A stretch of 64,000 nucleotides of DNA, taken from an uncultured delta proteobacterium (GTDB lineage Bacteria; Myxococcota; Myxococcia; Myxococcales; Anaeromyxobacteraceae). The position numbers and the translations under genes were made by a program. The notes beneath the pieces are model-generated. The model was not told the DNA's origin. It did not search any database and saw only the letters and a program-made list of their open reading frames with translations. The DNA is taken from the NCBI GenBank assembly GCA_963814585.1, contig CAWFDF010000003.1, positions 352,001-416,000 on the forward strand, in the 5' to 3' direction. This document shows positions 17,907 to 27,932 of the stretch, in pieces (the first letter of the stretch is position 1; every line of letters starts with the position of its first letter).

Positions 17907-19128
17907 CTAGCGCTTCGGCATCTTGCAGGTCGAGGGCGGGGTGATTCTCGCTGCCGGAGAACGTCCTCGTCGGCTTGAGGATCCGGATGTCGTACCCCTT
18001 GTCGGCCGCGGTCACGCCCCAGGTGCCGTCCTGGACCGCCTGGTGGTCCTCGGGCCGGATGGTGATCCTGCCGACCGGGACCTCGAGCGAGAGCCCCTCG
18101 AGCGCCTGGGCGATGGCCCTCTTGTCGGTGCCCTTGGCCTTCTCGGCGGCCGCCTTGTAGGTCATGACCGCGGCGTAGGCGCCGTGGGCGTTGTAGGAGG
18201 GGGAGGCGCCGAACCGCTTCTTGTAGCGCTCGACGAACCCCTTGTTGAGCGCCGAGTCGTTGGCCAGGAACCAGTAGCGCGTCCCCACCCAGAGGCCGGT
18301 CGGCATCTTGTCCTTGAGCGCCTCCAGGACCTCGGTGGCGGCACCGAGGGTGAAGAGCAGGTGCTTCTTCTTCTGGAAGAAGCCGAGGTCGGTCGCCTGC
18401 TTGACGAAGTCGATGAGGTTCCCGCCCCAGAGCGAGATGATGACGCCGTCGGCGTCGGAGGCCATCACCTTGGTGATGTAGGGGGAGAAGTCGGTCGTCT
18501 TGGTGGGGGGGAAGGCGGCGTCGGCATCCGCGAGGAAGGTGGCATCGGGCTTCCGGCGTCCCAGCTCGGCCTTGAAGAACTCCCAGGACTGGTGACCGAA
18601 GGCGTAGTCGGGGCCGACCGTGGTCCAGCGCCTGGCGGGCAGATCCTGGGCGAGCCGGGCGGCGATCCCGATGTTCTGGGGCAGGGAGAGGGAGATGCGG
18701 TAGGTCCAGGCGTTGCACTTCTCGCCGGTGACGTGGGGCGTCGCGGCGTGGGTGATGATCAGCGGGGTCTCCAGCTCGGGCATGATCGGCGCCACGCCCT
18801 CGGCGGTGCCGGAGGAGTCGAGCCCGATCACCGCGTCCACGCCGTCGTCGTAGACCAGCTTGCGGACCACCCGGATGCCGACGTCGGCCTTGCCGGCCTC
18901 GTCCTCGAAGAAGGGCACCACCTTGCGGCCGAGGATGCCACCCTGCTGATTGACCTCCTCCACGGCCAGCTCGGCCCCCTGCTTGGCGAACTGGCCGTAG
19001 ACCGCCAGCGGGCCGGACATGATGTAGGCGAAGCCGAGCTTGACCGGCTTCTCGGCGGCGGCGGCGGGAGAGGCGAGGAGAACCGAGGCGGCGAGCAGGA
19101 CCGCGGACAGCGCGTGACGGGGACGCAT
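17907..19128 (-). CDS. ABC transporter substrate-binding protein (LivJ/K family); +1 frameshift near 17945 makes it appear fused to LivH
   Basis: Signal peptide, SGPLAVYG, EVNQQGGILG, DYAFG; removing one base restores ...FSGSEITPPSTCKMPKR and a TAG at 17909-17907. Confidence 0.85.
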
Positions 19129-19323
19129 CTGAAACCCTCCTGTGGCTCGTGAGTGAGACGACCTCTTCTCTCACGGAGGTCGTTTCACGGGGCGTCACAG
19201 AAGGGTCAAGGGTCGGGCATGGCGGCAACGGTGCGGCTGCGCGCACGCCCTTGCGGTGAAGGACCGCACCCTTCGGGGTCTGCCGGGACATGGTGCCGCG
19301 CCCCAGTGGCCCGGGACGTGTCG

Positions 19324-20316
19324 TCATCGCTTCCTGGCGGCGCGGCACTGGTCGCGCGCCGCCTTGACCTCGTCGAACCAGGCGGCCGGCACCACCCCGC
19401 CCCGCACCACCGGCCAGGCCTTCTCCATCGCCTGGCGCCACGGCCCGGCCTCGACGCTCACCACCTGCAGCCCCTGCTTCTTCATGGCGGTGACCGCGTC
19501 GACGTTGAGCTTGCGCACCTCGGCGTCGACCTTCACCCCCAGCTCCACGGCGATGGCCTGGAGCTTGGCCCGCAGGTCCGGGGCGATCTTCTCCCAGGCG
19601 TCCTTGCGCACGATGGTGGCGCCGTAGATGTAGCCCCAGGGCAGGTCCACCATGTGGTCGGCCTTCTCGAAGAGCCGGGTGGTGAGGATGTAGAGCGGCA
19701 CGTTGGTGATGCAGTTGATCATCCCGGTCTGCAGCGACGGGACCACGTCGGTGGAGGAGAGCACCACCGGGCGGAAGCCGGCGGCCCGCCAGGCGTCGAC
19801 GCTCTTGGGATCGCCCTCCCAGGCGAAGACCTTGGCGTCGGCGGCGGCCATCTCGGCGGGCGTGCGGTGGGGCCGGTCGCAGAACATCGACATGGCGCCG
19901 ATGCGGCTCCACTGGAGCACCACGAAGCCCTTGGCCTCGAAGGCCGCCTCGAGCCTGGCCCGCATCTTCTGGAAGGCGCACTCGACGTCGGCCTCGCCGT
20001 CGAAGAACATGGGCAGCGAGAGCATCTGCGGCTCGGGCATGATGTCGTGCATGCCGATGTTCGAGATGGAGGAGGCCTGCAGCTGGTTGATCCCCATCTT
20101 GCGGACCATGTCCCCCTCGCTCCCCTGGGTGCCGCCGGCGTAGACGCGCAGCTTCACCTGGCCGGCCGAGGCCTGCTCCCAGCGCTGCCCCAGCTCCTTG
20201 AGGATCTCGTGCCAGGTGGAGCCGGCCGGCGCCAGCGTCCCCAGCTTGATGGTGACCTGGGCCTGCGCCGTCGAGGCGAGGAGGACGGCGATCGCGGCGG
20301 CGAGGGGCTTCTTCAC
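19324..20316 (-). CDS. dctP: TRAP transporter substrate-binding protein DctP (TPAT P-component)
   Basis: IKLGTLAPAGSTW, VYAGGTQGSE, VPSLQTGMI; adjacent to a TatT-like gene. Confidence 0.88.
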   Translation of the reverse strand: MKKPLAAAIAVLLASTAQAQVTIKLGTLAPAGSTWHEILKELGQRWEQASAGQVKLRVYAGGTQGSEGDMVRKMGINQLQASSISNIGMHDIMPEPQMLSLPMFFDGEADVECAFQKMRARLEAAFEAKGFVVLQWSRIGAMSMFCDRPHRTPAEMAAADAKVFAWEGDPKSVDAWRAAGFRPVVLSSTDVVPSLQTGMINCITNVPLYILTTRLFEKADHMVDLPWGYIYGATIVRKDAWEKIAPDLRAKLQAIAVELGVKVDAEVRKLNVDAVTAMKKQGLQVVSVEAGPWRQAMEKAWPVVRGGVVPAAWFDEVKAARDQCRAARKR

Positions 20317-20365
20317 GGGGTGCTCCTTGGGTCCGGGGACGGTGTGGCGGGCCGGCGGCGCCGCG

Positions 20366-21274
20366 TCAGAGGAAGAGGTCGTCGACGTGGTCGAGCAGCA
20401 GCCGGGCCTTGCGCTGGGCCAGGGTGTTGGCGAGGCGGAAGCGCGGCGCGGCGTCGACGTCGGCGCGCAGCACCTCCTCGAGGAGGGCGGTGAAGGCGGC
20501 CCGGTCCTGCACCTGCACCAGCTGCCCCTCGGCCAGGGAGACGCTCGGACCGAGCTTCTGATTCATGGAGAGGGCCAGCGCCCGCTCGTAGTGGGCCCGG
20601 ACCCGGGCCGGCCCGCCCCCCTCCTGCTCGGTGCGGCTGGCGTCGTAGGCGACGAAGAACTCGTGGATCGAGCCATCTCCCCAGGCCTCGTCGAGCGCCA
20701 GGGCCCGCTCCATCATGGCGACGGGCGCGGGGAGCTCGGCCACCAGCCCGAGATCGGCCTTGGCGCTGACGATGGCCAGGGTCCAGGCCGAGGCCGTCCA
20801 GTAGAGGGCCGGGACGTCCTCCTGGCTGGCCGTGGCGAGCGCTCCGGGCAGGTCGCGCACCGTCCTGAGGCGCCTCCCCATCCCGTCGCGCTGCTCGTCG
20901 AGCGCCCGCAGCCCGTAGTCGCGGGCCCGCAGGAAGAGCCGGCGGGCCCGGGCCCGCTCCTGCTTGGCGGCCGCCAGGCGACCCTCCAGGTCGGCGGCGT
21001 CGGCGTCGGCGGCCACGAAGGCGTAGGCGTACTGGGTGTACCCGCTGCAGAGCGCCAGCAGCAGCTTCTCGTTGCCGGGGTCGGAGGAGAGCACCGACTC
21101 CATGGTCTTGAGCCCGAACGGCACCGCGTCGCGGACCAGCTCGGGGTCGTCGTCGCTGGCGTAGGTGTCGCCGCCGCTGGTGAGGGCGTTGGCGGCCACC
21201 CGGGCGGCCAGCCCGGCGCAGCCCGACGCGGTGAGCGAGACCAGGGCGGCGGCGAGGACGGTGGAGCGCAGCAT
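20366..21274 (-). CDS. TRAP transporter TatT-component lipoprotein
   Basis: Lipobox LTASGC; DDDPELVRDAVPFGLK, YTQYAYAFV, ALYWTA..W, GGGPARVRAHYERAL; start could be 21307. Confidence 0.85.
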   Translation of the reverse strand: MLRSTVLAAALVSLTASGCAGLAARVAANALTSGGDTYASDDDPELVRDAVPFGLKTMESVLSSDPGNEKLLLALCSGYTQYAYAFVAADADAADLEGRLAAAKQERARARRLFLRARDYGLRALDEQRDGMGRRLRTVRDLPGALATASQEDVPALYWTASAWTLAIVSAKADLGLVAELPAPVAMMERALALDEAWGDGSIHEFFVAYDASRTEQEGGGPARVRAHYERALALSMNQKLGPSVSLAEGQLVQVQDRAAFTALLEEVLRADVDAAPRFRLANTLAQRKARLLLDHVDDLFL

Positions 21275-21302
21275 CGACCTGATCCCCGAGCAGTTCGTGG
21301 TA

Positions 21303-21332
21303 CTCATAGGCCCCCCGCCGGGCGGGGGTCAA
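21303..21332 (-). promoter_or_regulatory. Possible sigma70-type promoter for tatT-dctP with a palindrome in the spacer
   Basis: Minus strand TTGACC-N18-TATGAG; palindrome cccccgcc-g-ggcggggg at 21312-21328. Confidence 0.35.
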
Positions 21333-21344
21333 ATACATCCTCCC

Positions 21345-23204
21345 GTGAACACCGCACCCATCACCGGGCCCGAGGCCGACCACCCCAAGCCTGGCACCCG
21401 CCTCGAGCGGGCCCTGGTCACGGTGCTGCTGCTGGCCATGATCGCGCTGCCGGCCGCCTCCGCGCTGTCGCGCCGCTTCCTCGGACGCGACCTGCCGGGC
21501 GCCTCGGTCCTGGCCCAGCACATCACCCTCTGGGTCGGCTTCCTCGGGGCACTGCTGGCCACCGCCTCGGAGCGCCACCTCGGCCTCTCCACGCTGGGCG
21601 TCCTGCCCGACGGCCCGCCGCGCCGTGCCCTCCACGCCTTCGGCCAGATCACCAGCGCCGCCGCCTGCGCGCTGCTGGCGTGGGCCTCCATCCGGCTGGT
21701 CGAGGTGGAGTGGGGCAGCCAGGGCATGGTGGCCTTCGGCATCCGGGTGGCGTGGAGCCAGCTGGTGATGCCGCTCGGCTTCGCCGTCATGGCGCTGCGC
21801 TTCGCCTGGATGGCCGGGGCCTGCCCGCTGAAGCGGGGCCCCTGGTGCTGGATCCCGCGCGGGCTGGCGCTGGCCGCCATCCCCGCCATCTTCCTGCTGG
21901 GCCGGGCCACGCCCTCCCCCGCGCTGGTGACGCTGCTGCTGCTGGTGACGCTGGCGGCCTTCCTGGTCGGCGCCCCGGTCTTCGTGGCCATGAGCGGGGT
22001 GGCCATGGCGCTCTTCTTCCGCGACGGCGGCGCCGGGGCCATCGCCGCCGTCCCCACCGCCACCTTCAACCTGGTCTCCTCCTCCACCCTCCCCGCCATC
22101 CCGCTCCTCACCGTGGCCGGCTACGTGCTGGCCGAGGGCGGCGCGGCCCGGCGGCTGGTGCGCGCCTACAAGGGGATGTTCGGCTGGATGCCGGGCGGCG
22201 TGGCGGTGATGGCCACCAGCGTGTGCGCGGTCTTCACCACCTTCACCGGCGCCTCGGGCGTGACCATCCTGGCGGTGGGCGGCCTGCTGCTCCCGGCGCT
22301 GCTCGAGGACCGGTACCCGGAGGGCTTCTCGCTCGGGCTGGTGACCGCCTCCGGCTCGCTCGGCCTGCTCTTCCCACCTTCACTCCCCGTCATCCTCTAT
22401 GCGGTGGTGGCCGGCGCCGCCATCGACCAGCTCTTCATCGGCGGGCTGCTCCCCGGCATCCTCATGATCCTGCTGGTGGCCGCCTACGGGGTCTGGACCG
22501 GGGTCCGCGCCGGCGCCCCGCGCCAGTCCTTCGACCCGCGCGAGGCGTGGCGGGCCATCTGGGACGCCAAGTGGGACCTCGGCCTGCCGCTGCTGGTGGT
22601 GGTGGCGGTCGGCGGCGGGTACGCCACCGTGGTGGAGGCCTCGGCGCTGGCGGCGGCCTACTCGATCGCGGTCGAGCTGGTGATCTTCCGCGAGATCAAG
22701 CCGCTCCGCGACCTGCCCGGGGTCCTCTCCAGCGCCGCCACCCTGGTGGGCTCGGTGGTGCTGCTGCTCGGCACGGCGCTCGGCGTCACCAGCTGGTTCG
22801 TCGACGCCGAGATCCCCACCCGGCTGGTGGAGTGGATGACCACCCACGTGCAGAGCCCGGCCCTCTTCCTGCTCATGCTCAACGGCGTGCTGCTGGTCCT
22901 GGGGAGCGTGCTGGAGATCTACTCGGCCATCGTGGTGCTGGCCCCGCTGGTGGCGCCGCTCGGGGTGGCCTACGGGATCGAGCCCATCCACCTGGGCGTG
23001 GTCTTCCTCGCCAACCTGGAGCTGGGCTTCCTCTTCCCGCCCATGGGGCTCAACCTCTTCCTCTCGGCGCAGCGCTTCCAGAGGCCGCTGCCCCAGCTCT
23101 ACCGCCACGCCTTCCCCTTCCTGCTCATCATGTCGGCGGGCGTGCTGGCCATCACCTACCTGCCCATCCTCACCACCGGCGTGGTGCAGCTCTTCGACCG
23201 GTAG
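21345..23204 (+). CDS. Fused TRAP small+large permease (DctQ-DctM)
   Basis: N-terminal 4-TM DctQ-like part (TLWVGFLGA, RHL), then DctM motifs AIPLL, SGSLGLLFPPSLP, IHLGVVF, PPMGLNLF; start approximate. Confidence 0.9.
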   Translation: MNTAPITGPEADHPKPGTRLERALVTVLLLAMIALPAASALSRRFLGRDLPGASVLAQHITLWVGFLGALLATASERHLGLSTLGVLPDGPPRRALHAFGQITSAAACALLAWASIRLVEVEWGSQGMVAFGIRVAWSQLVMPLGFAVMALRFAWMAGACPLKRGPWCWIPRGLALAAIPAIFLLGRATPSPALVTLLLLVTLAAFLVGAPVFVAMSGVAMALFFRDGGAGAIAAVPTATFNLVSSSTLPAIPLLTVAGYVLAEGGAARRLVRAYKGMFGWMPGGVAVMATSVCAVFTTFTGASGVTILAVGGLLLPALLEDRYPEGFSLGLVTASGSLGLLFPPSLPVILYAVVAGAAIDQLFIGGLLPGILMILLVAAYGVWTGVRAGAPRQSFDPREAWRAIWDAKWDLGLPLLVVVAVGGGYATVVEASALAAAYSIAVELVIFREIKPLRDLPGVLSSAATLVGSVVLLLGTALGVTSWFVDAEIPTRLVEWMTTHVQSPALFLLMLNGVLLVLGSVLEIYSAIVVLAPLVAPLGVAYGIEPIHLGVVFLANLELGFLFPPMGLNLFLSAQRFQRPLPQLYRHAFPFLLIMSAGVLAITYLPILTTGVVQLFDR

Positions 23205-23240
23205 CGGCCCACCCTCGCCGGGGGCGCGCTCCCTCGGCCG

Positions 23241-25073
23241 CTACCTGGCCGCCGGCCGCTCCTCCGGGCGGACCTGCCCCAGCACCGCGGCCAGGTCGGC
23301 ATCGGCCAGGGTCTCGCGCTCCAGCAGCTGCCGGGCCCCGGCGTCGAGCAGGTCCCGGTTGTGCTCCAGCAGCCGGCGGGCCCGAAGGAAGGCGGCGTCG
23401 ACCAGGTCGCGCACCGCCATGTCGATCTCGCGGGCGGTGTCCTCGGCGTAGCGGCGCGGCCCCTCCAGGCCCTGGCCGAGGAAGCCCTGCGGCTCGCTCT
23501 CGTAGGAGACCGGGCCGAGCCGCTCGCCCATGCCGAAGCGGGTCACCATGGAGCGGGCGATGTCGGTGGCCTTGGCGATGTCGTCGGCGGCGCCGGTGGA
23601 GAGGTGACCGAAGACCAGGTGCTCGGCGGCGCGGCCGCCCATCAGCACCGTCATCTTGCCGGCCAGCTCGTCGCGGGTCATGAGGAAGCGGTCCTCGGTG
23701 GGGCGCTGGATGGTGTAGCCGAGCGCGCCGACGCCGCGCGGGATGATGGAGATCTTGTGGACCGGGTCGCTGCCCGGCACCGCGCCGGCCACCAGCGCGT
23801 GGCCCAGCTCGTGGTGGGCCACGATCTCCCGCTCCCTGGGGTTGAGGAGCCGGTTCTTCTTCTCCAGGCCGGCCACGATCCGCTCGATGGCCAGGTTGAA
23901 GTCGTTCATGCCGACCTGGTCGGCGCCGCGCCGGGTGGCCACCAGGGCCGCCTCGTTCACCAGGTTGGCGAGGTCGGCGCCGGTGAAGCCGGGGGTGAGC
24001 GCCGCCACCTGCTCCAGCTTCACCTCGGCGTCGAGCTGCACCTTCCGGGCGTGCACCTCCAGGATCTGCACGCGCCCGTGCCGGTCGGGCCGGTCCACCA
24101 GCACCTGCCGGTCGAAGCGGCCGGCGCGCAGCAGCGCCGGATCGAGGATCTCCGGCCGGTTGGTGGCGGCCAGCAGGACCAGGCCGCTGCTGGCGTCGAA
24201 GCCGTCCAGCTCCACCAGCAGCTGGTTGAGCGTCTGCTCCTTCTCGTCGTGGCCGCCGCCCAGGCCCTGGATGGAGGCGCGGGCCCGGCCCAGGGCGTCG
24301 AGCTCGTCGATGAAGATGATGGCCGGGGCCTTCTTCCGCGCCTGCTCGAAGAGGTCGCGCACCCGGGCGGCGCCGACGCCCACGAACATCTCCACGAACT
24401 CGGAGCCGGAGATGGAGAAGAAGGGGACGCCGGCCTCGCCGGCCACCGCCTTGGCCAGCAGCGTCTTGCCGGTGCCGGGCGGGCCGACCAGCAGCACGCC
24501 CTTGGGCATGCGGGCCCCGAGGCGGCCGTAGCTCTTCGGGTCCTTGAGGAACGAGACCACCTCCTGCAGCTCGGCCTTGGCCTCGTCCACGCCGGCCACG
24601 TCGGCGAAGGAGGTCCTGGTGTCGGTCTCCACGTAGACCTTGGCCTTCGACTTGCCGATGGCCATCAGCCCGCCGCCGGGGCCGCCCTGGCCGGCCATGC
24701 GCCGCGCCAGGAACATCCAGACGCCGAAGAAGAGGAGGACCGGGAGGATCCAGGAGAGCAGCATGGACAGGACGTTGCTCTCCAGCCGGCCCGAGTAGGT
24801 CACGCCGGCCTCGTCCAGCTCGCGGGCGATGTCGGCGTCGACGCGGGTGGTGACGAAGCGGCTCTTCCCCTCCAGGGGGGCCTTGAGCATCCCCTCGATC
24901 CGGTCCGGCCCGATCACCACCTTCTCCACCTGCTTGTCGCGCACCAGCCGCTGGAACTGGGAGTAGGGGAGGTTGGCCACCGCCTGCGAGCGGGCCCAGA
25001 GGTCCTGCAGCAGCAGGACGCCGAGGACGGCCAGCGAGACGTAGAAGAGGTTGAAGCGGGTCCTGGAGGTCAT
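23241..25073 (-). CDS. ftsH: ATP-dependent zinc metalloprotease FtsH (paralog)
   Basis: Two TMs, [40 protein letters not shown]. Confidence 0.97.
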   Translation of the reverse strand: MTSRTRFNLFYVSLAVLGVLLLQDLWARSQAVANLPYSQFQRLVRDKQVEKVVIGPDRIEGMLKAPLEGKSRFVTTRVDADIARELDEAGVTYSGRLESNVLSMLLSWILPVLLFFGVWMFLARRMAGQGGPGGGLMAIGKSKAKVYVETDTRTSFADVAGVDEAKAELQEVVSFLKDPKSYGRLGARMPKGVLLVGPPGTGKTLLAKAVAGEAGVPFFSISGSEFVEMFVGVGAARVRDLFEQARKKAPAIIFIDELDALGRARASIQGLGGGHDEKEQTLNQLLVELDGFDASSGLVLLAATNRPEILDPALLRAGRFDRQVLVDRPDRHGRVQILEVHARKVQLDAEVKLEQVAALTPGFTGADLANLVNEAALVATRRGADQVGMNDFNLAIERIVAGLEKKNRLLNPREREIVAHHELGHALVAGAVPGSDPVHKISIIPRGVGALGYTIQRPTEDRFLMTRDELAGKMTVLMGGRAAEHLVFGHLSTGAADDIAKATDIARSMVTRFGMGERLGPVSYESEPQGFLGQGLEGPRRYAEDTAREIDMAVRDLVDAAFLRARRLLEHNRDLLDAGARQLLERETLADADLAAVLGQVRPEERPAAR

Positions 25074-25192
25074 GGCGCGGTCACCGCAGGGGGCGCGACG
25101 GCCTCGCCGGGGCGCCCTCTGGCAGAGATAACCATCCGGCCCGCCGCGGCAACCGGGGAAAGAGGGGGCGCCCCGTGGCGGGGCGCGCGGGC

Positions 25193-26380
25193 TCAGCCGC
25201 CGCGGCGCCGCTTCTCCAGCTGCCGGAAGGTGGCGCCGATGGTGGCGAGGAAGCTCCCCAGGAAGGACTCGAAGCGCCCGATCTCGTCCTGCTCCGACCG
25301 GGAGATGGTCCCGCCGATCTCGTAGTCGCCCCCGGCCAGGCGGGTCGAGGCGTCCTCCATGGCCCGGGTCATCCGCTCCAGCCGCCGGAACACCAGCCGC
25401 TCCAGCACCAGGAGGATGACCCCGAACACGGCCAGGGCCAGCAGGCCGATGAGGACGATGACGCGGAGCTGCTCCCCGCGCAGCTTCTCGCGCAGCGCGC
25501 CCACGTCGTGGACCACGAAGAGGCCCCCGACGGTGCGCCCGGCGGCGTCGTGCACCGGCACCACGCCCCGGACCAGCTGCCTGACCCCCCCCTTGCCGAA
25601 GCGCTCGATGAAGCGGCCGCCCTCGGGGATCTGGCGCACGTCCCCGATGGCCCCGGGGACCAGGACGTCCGGGCTGGTCGCCTCGACGGTGACGACCTCC
25701 GGGTCGTCGCTCCAGTTGTTCCGGCCCACGCCCCGCGCCGCGGCCCAGGCGCTCTCCTCGAGGAACCCCTTGTGCATGACCAGGGCGAAGTCGTCGCCGG
25801 TCTCCCGCTTCAGGCGCGCCAGGAAGCCCTCGATCCCCTCCCCCAGCTCCACGTAGCCCTGGATCCGTCCCTTCAGGACGACCGGGCGCACCACCCGGAA
25901 CGCCAGCGCCGTCCGGTCGAGCTCGATGCCGGAGGCGGCCACCCCGGTCCGGATGGCGGCATCCAGCGCCATGAGACGCACCAGGTCGCCGGACAGCTCG
26001 GGGCGGTGGACCCGGAGGAAGCAGGTGCGCGCCGGCTCCGGCTCGATGAACGTCCAGAGGCCGATGCCGTGCTGGTGCTTCAGCTCCCGGAGCACCGGCG
26101 CGGTCGCCTCCAGCAGGCCGGCGCGGTCGCGCTGGGCCAGCAGCGCGGTGAAGACCGGGTTGAGGAGCAGCGCGTCGAGCGTGGCGGAGAGCTTCTCGAC
26201 CTCGCGCTGCTCCATGTCGGCGAGGGCCTTGGCGGCGGACCGGACCGACCGCTCGGCCTCGTAGTGCATGTCGTCGTGGTAGTTGCTGTAGGCCATCCAG
26301 GCGTTCACCAGGGCGACCACGCCGAGGCAGACCACCACGGCGCCGGCGAGCTTCAGCTTGATGGAGAGCGTGCGGATCAA
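25193..26380 (-). CDS. Membrane protein: TM - Cache-like periplasmic sensor - TM - HAMP, no output domain
   Basis: Two TMs around ~280 aa (FLRVHRPELSGD), HAMP (RRLERMTRAM...QDEIGRF), stop ~25 aa later; TTGA overlap with upstream gene. Confidence 0.75.
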   Translation of the reverse strand: MIRTLSIKLKLAGAVVVCLGVVALVNAWMAYSNYHDDMHYEAERSVRSAAKALADMEQREVEKLSATLDALLLNPVFTALLAQRDRAGLLEATAPVLRELKHQHGIGLWTFIEPEPARTCFLRVHRPELSGDLVRLMALDAAIRTGVAASGIELDRTALAFRVVRPVVLKGRIQGYVELGEGIEGFLARLKRETGDDFALVMHKGFLEESAWAAARGVGRNNWSDDPEVVTVEATSPDVLVPGAIGDVRQIPEGGRFIERFGKGGVRQLVRGVVPVHDAAGRTVGGLFVVHDVGALREKLRGEQLRVIVLIGLLALAVFGVILLVLERLVFRRLERMTRAMEDASTRLAGGDYEIGGTISRSEQDEIGRFESFLGSFLATIGATFRQLEKRRRGG

Positions 26381-26964
26381 TCCTGGAGACCCTCGCCCAG
26401 CACGGCGCGGGCGGCCTCGCGGAGCCGGCCGACGCTGGCCGGCTCGTCGAGGGAGTCGGGCTCCACGAAGTCCAGCGCGAACCCGGCCCGGATGGCGATC
26501 TCGCCGCGGACCCGGAAGCGATCCAGCTTCCTCCGCTCGATGGCGGCGTCGATGAGCTGGACGAGCCGGTGGAGGCTCCCCAGCTCGGCCACCACCTGCG
26601 ACGTCCTGGCGGGCGCCGCGGGCCGGGTCTTCAGCAGCTTCTCGAGCTTGGGCGCCGCCACCGCCGCCGAGATGAGGAGCGGCTGCAGGCTCACCGCCTT
26701 GTCGCAGAGGAAGAGGAGGTGCGCCCCGGCCAGCGGCCTGACCAGGATGCGCGCCTCGCCGAAGCGCAGGTCGATCAGCCCCACCGCCCCGCAGGTGGCG
26801 GTCAGTCCCGCCGAGCCGTCGGCCAGCACCTGGGCCGCCTCCAGCAGCTTCGAGGCGGGGACCGTCCTGCGGAAGGCGTGGGCCAGGATGCGGCCGTCCG
26901 GGTCGGTGACCATGCAGCCCACCACGCCCGGAACCATGATGAGCGGCCTGAGCAAGGCATTCAT
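26377..26964 (-). CDS. Roadblock/LC7 (MglB-like) domain protein with extra C-terminal helical domain
   Basis: VPGVVGCMVTDPDGRILA at the N-terminus, beta-rich Roadblock pattern. Confidence 0.75.
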   Translation of the reverse strand: MNALLRPLIMVPGVVGCMVTDPDGRILAHAFRRTVPASKLLEAAQVLADGSAGLTATCGAVGLIDLRFGEARILVRPLAGAHLLFLCDKAVSLQPLLISAAVAAPKLEKLLKTRPAAPARTSQVVAELGSLHRLVQLIDAAIERRKLDRFRVRGEIAIRAGFALDFVEPDSLDEPASVGRLREAARAVLGEGLQD

Positions 26965-26986
26965 GGCGTCCTCCCCCCGGCCCGGC

Positions 26987-27706
26987 TCAGCGCCCGCCGA
27001 GGGTCTTGCGGACCTCGGCCTCCACGGTCCGGACGGCGGCCTCTCCGCGGACCAGCACGCTCAGGCAGTGGCCGGGCGCCGTGAAGAGCAGCAGGTGCTG
27101 GTCGGCCCCCTCCACCGTCGCCGAGAGGAGGTCGCCGGCCTGGAAGATCGAGCCGAGCTGCTTCCCCACCATGGCCAGGTAGAGGCCGCCCCCGGCCAGC
27201 ACCTCGGCCTCGTGGGCGTCGTCGGCCAGGGGGACGCCGTCCGTCCGCTCCAGCACCGCCGCTGTGACGCCGGGGATTTGTCGCAGCCGCTCCAGCGGGG
27301 CGGTCGTGGCCCTGGCGGACGGCTCCGCCGGGGCCGGATCCGGGACCGGCTCCAGCACCGCCCCCTCCTCGTCGATGAGCCGGTGGGCCTCGAGGAGCAG
27401 GAACTGCCAGTTCTTGCTGATGGTGGAGCGCGTGCTGGAGACGTTGGGCTGCAAGCTGAACCGCCCGCCCGTCCACTTCATGATGGCGTAGAAGGCCTCG
27501 TCGCCGAGGCGGGCCCCCTGCTCGGCGTGGATGATCTGGCCGTCGCGGAAGAAGATCAGGCCGGAGCGCCGGCCGGCCTGCACCGTGATGCAGCCCGAGA
27601 ACCGGCTCTGGACGCAGAGCTGGATGAGGTCGGCCAGGCCCAGGCCGGAGACCTCGCCCTCGAAGCCCTCCGGCAGTGCCCGGCGTAGCTCGTTCGGTGC
27701 TGCCAT
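26987..27706 (-). CDS. DUF4388 (PatA_N-like) + Roadblock/LC7 fusion protein
   Basis: FEGEVSGLGLADLIQL, GLIFFRDGQIIHA, W..GRF, LLLEAHRLIDE; then LRQIPGVTAAVL..TDG. Confidence 0.8.
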   Translation of the reverse strand: MAAPNELRRALPEGFEGEVSGLGLADLIQLCVQSRFSGCITVQAGRRSGLIFFRDGQIIHAEQGARLGDEAFYAIMKWTGGRFSLQPNVSSTRSTISKNWQFLLLEAHRLIDEEGAVLEPVPDPAPAEPSARATTAPLERLRQIPGVTAAVLERTDGVPLADDAHEAEVLAGGGLYLAMVGKQLGSIFQAGDLLSATVEGADQHLLLFTAPGHCLSVLVRGEAAVRTVEAEVRKTLGGR

Positions 27707-27932
27707 GACGGTGCTCCCCCCGCCACCCGGCGACATCCTGACGCCAGGTGGATTTCCGGCTGATCTCGCACCATTCCGCACGAGCACCGACAGGACAAGT
27801 ACCCGATCAACGGGACCTCGCAGCCCGCACCTGCGTCATCTTGATCTTGCTGCCGTTTTCAGCCCGGCCGGGGGGTGGCAGCCCACGTTCCGGTTGGGGC
27901 TGCACCCTTCGGGGCCCTCCGGGAGCCGCCGA

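Noticed and set aside
19220..19290. Possible c-di-GMP-I riboswitch (GGCAGA...GTTGCCG, minus strand)
   Set aside because: Lacks the GNRA-capped P2 and the GACGCAAA-like junction; only the ends resemble it
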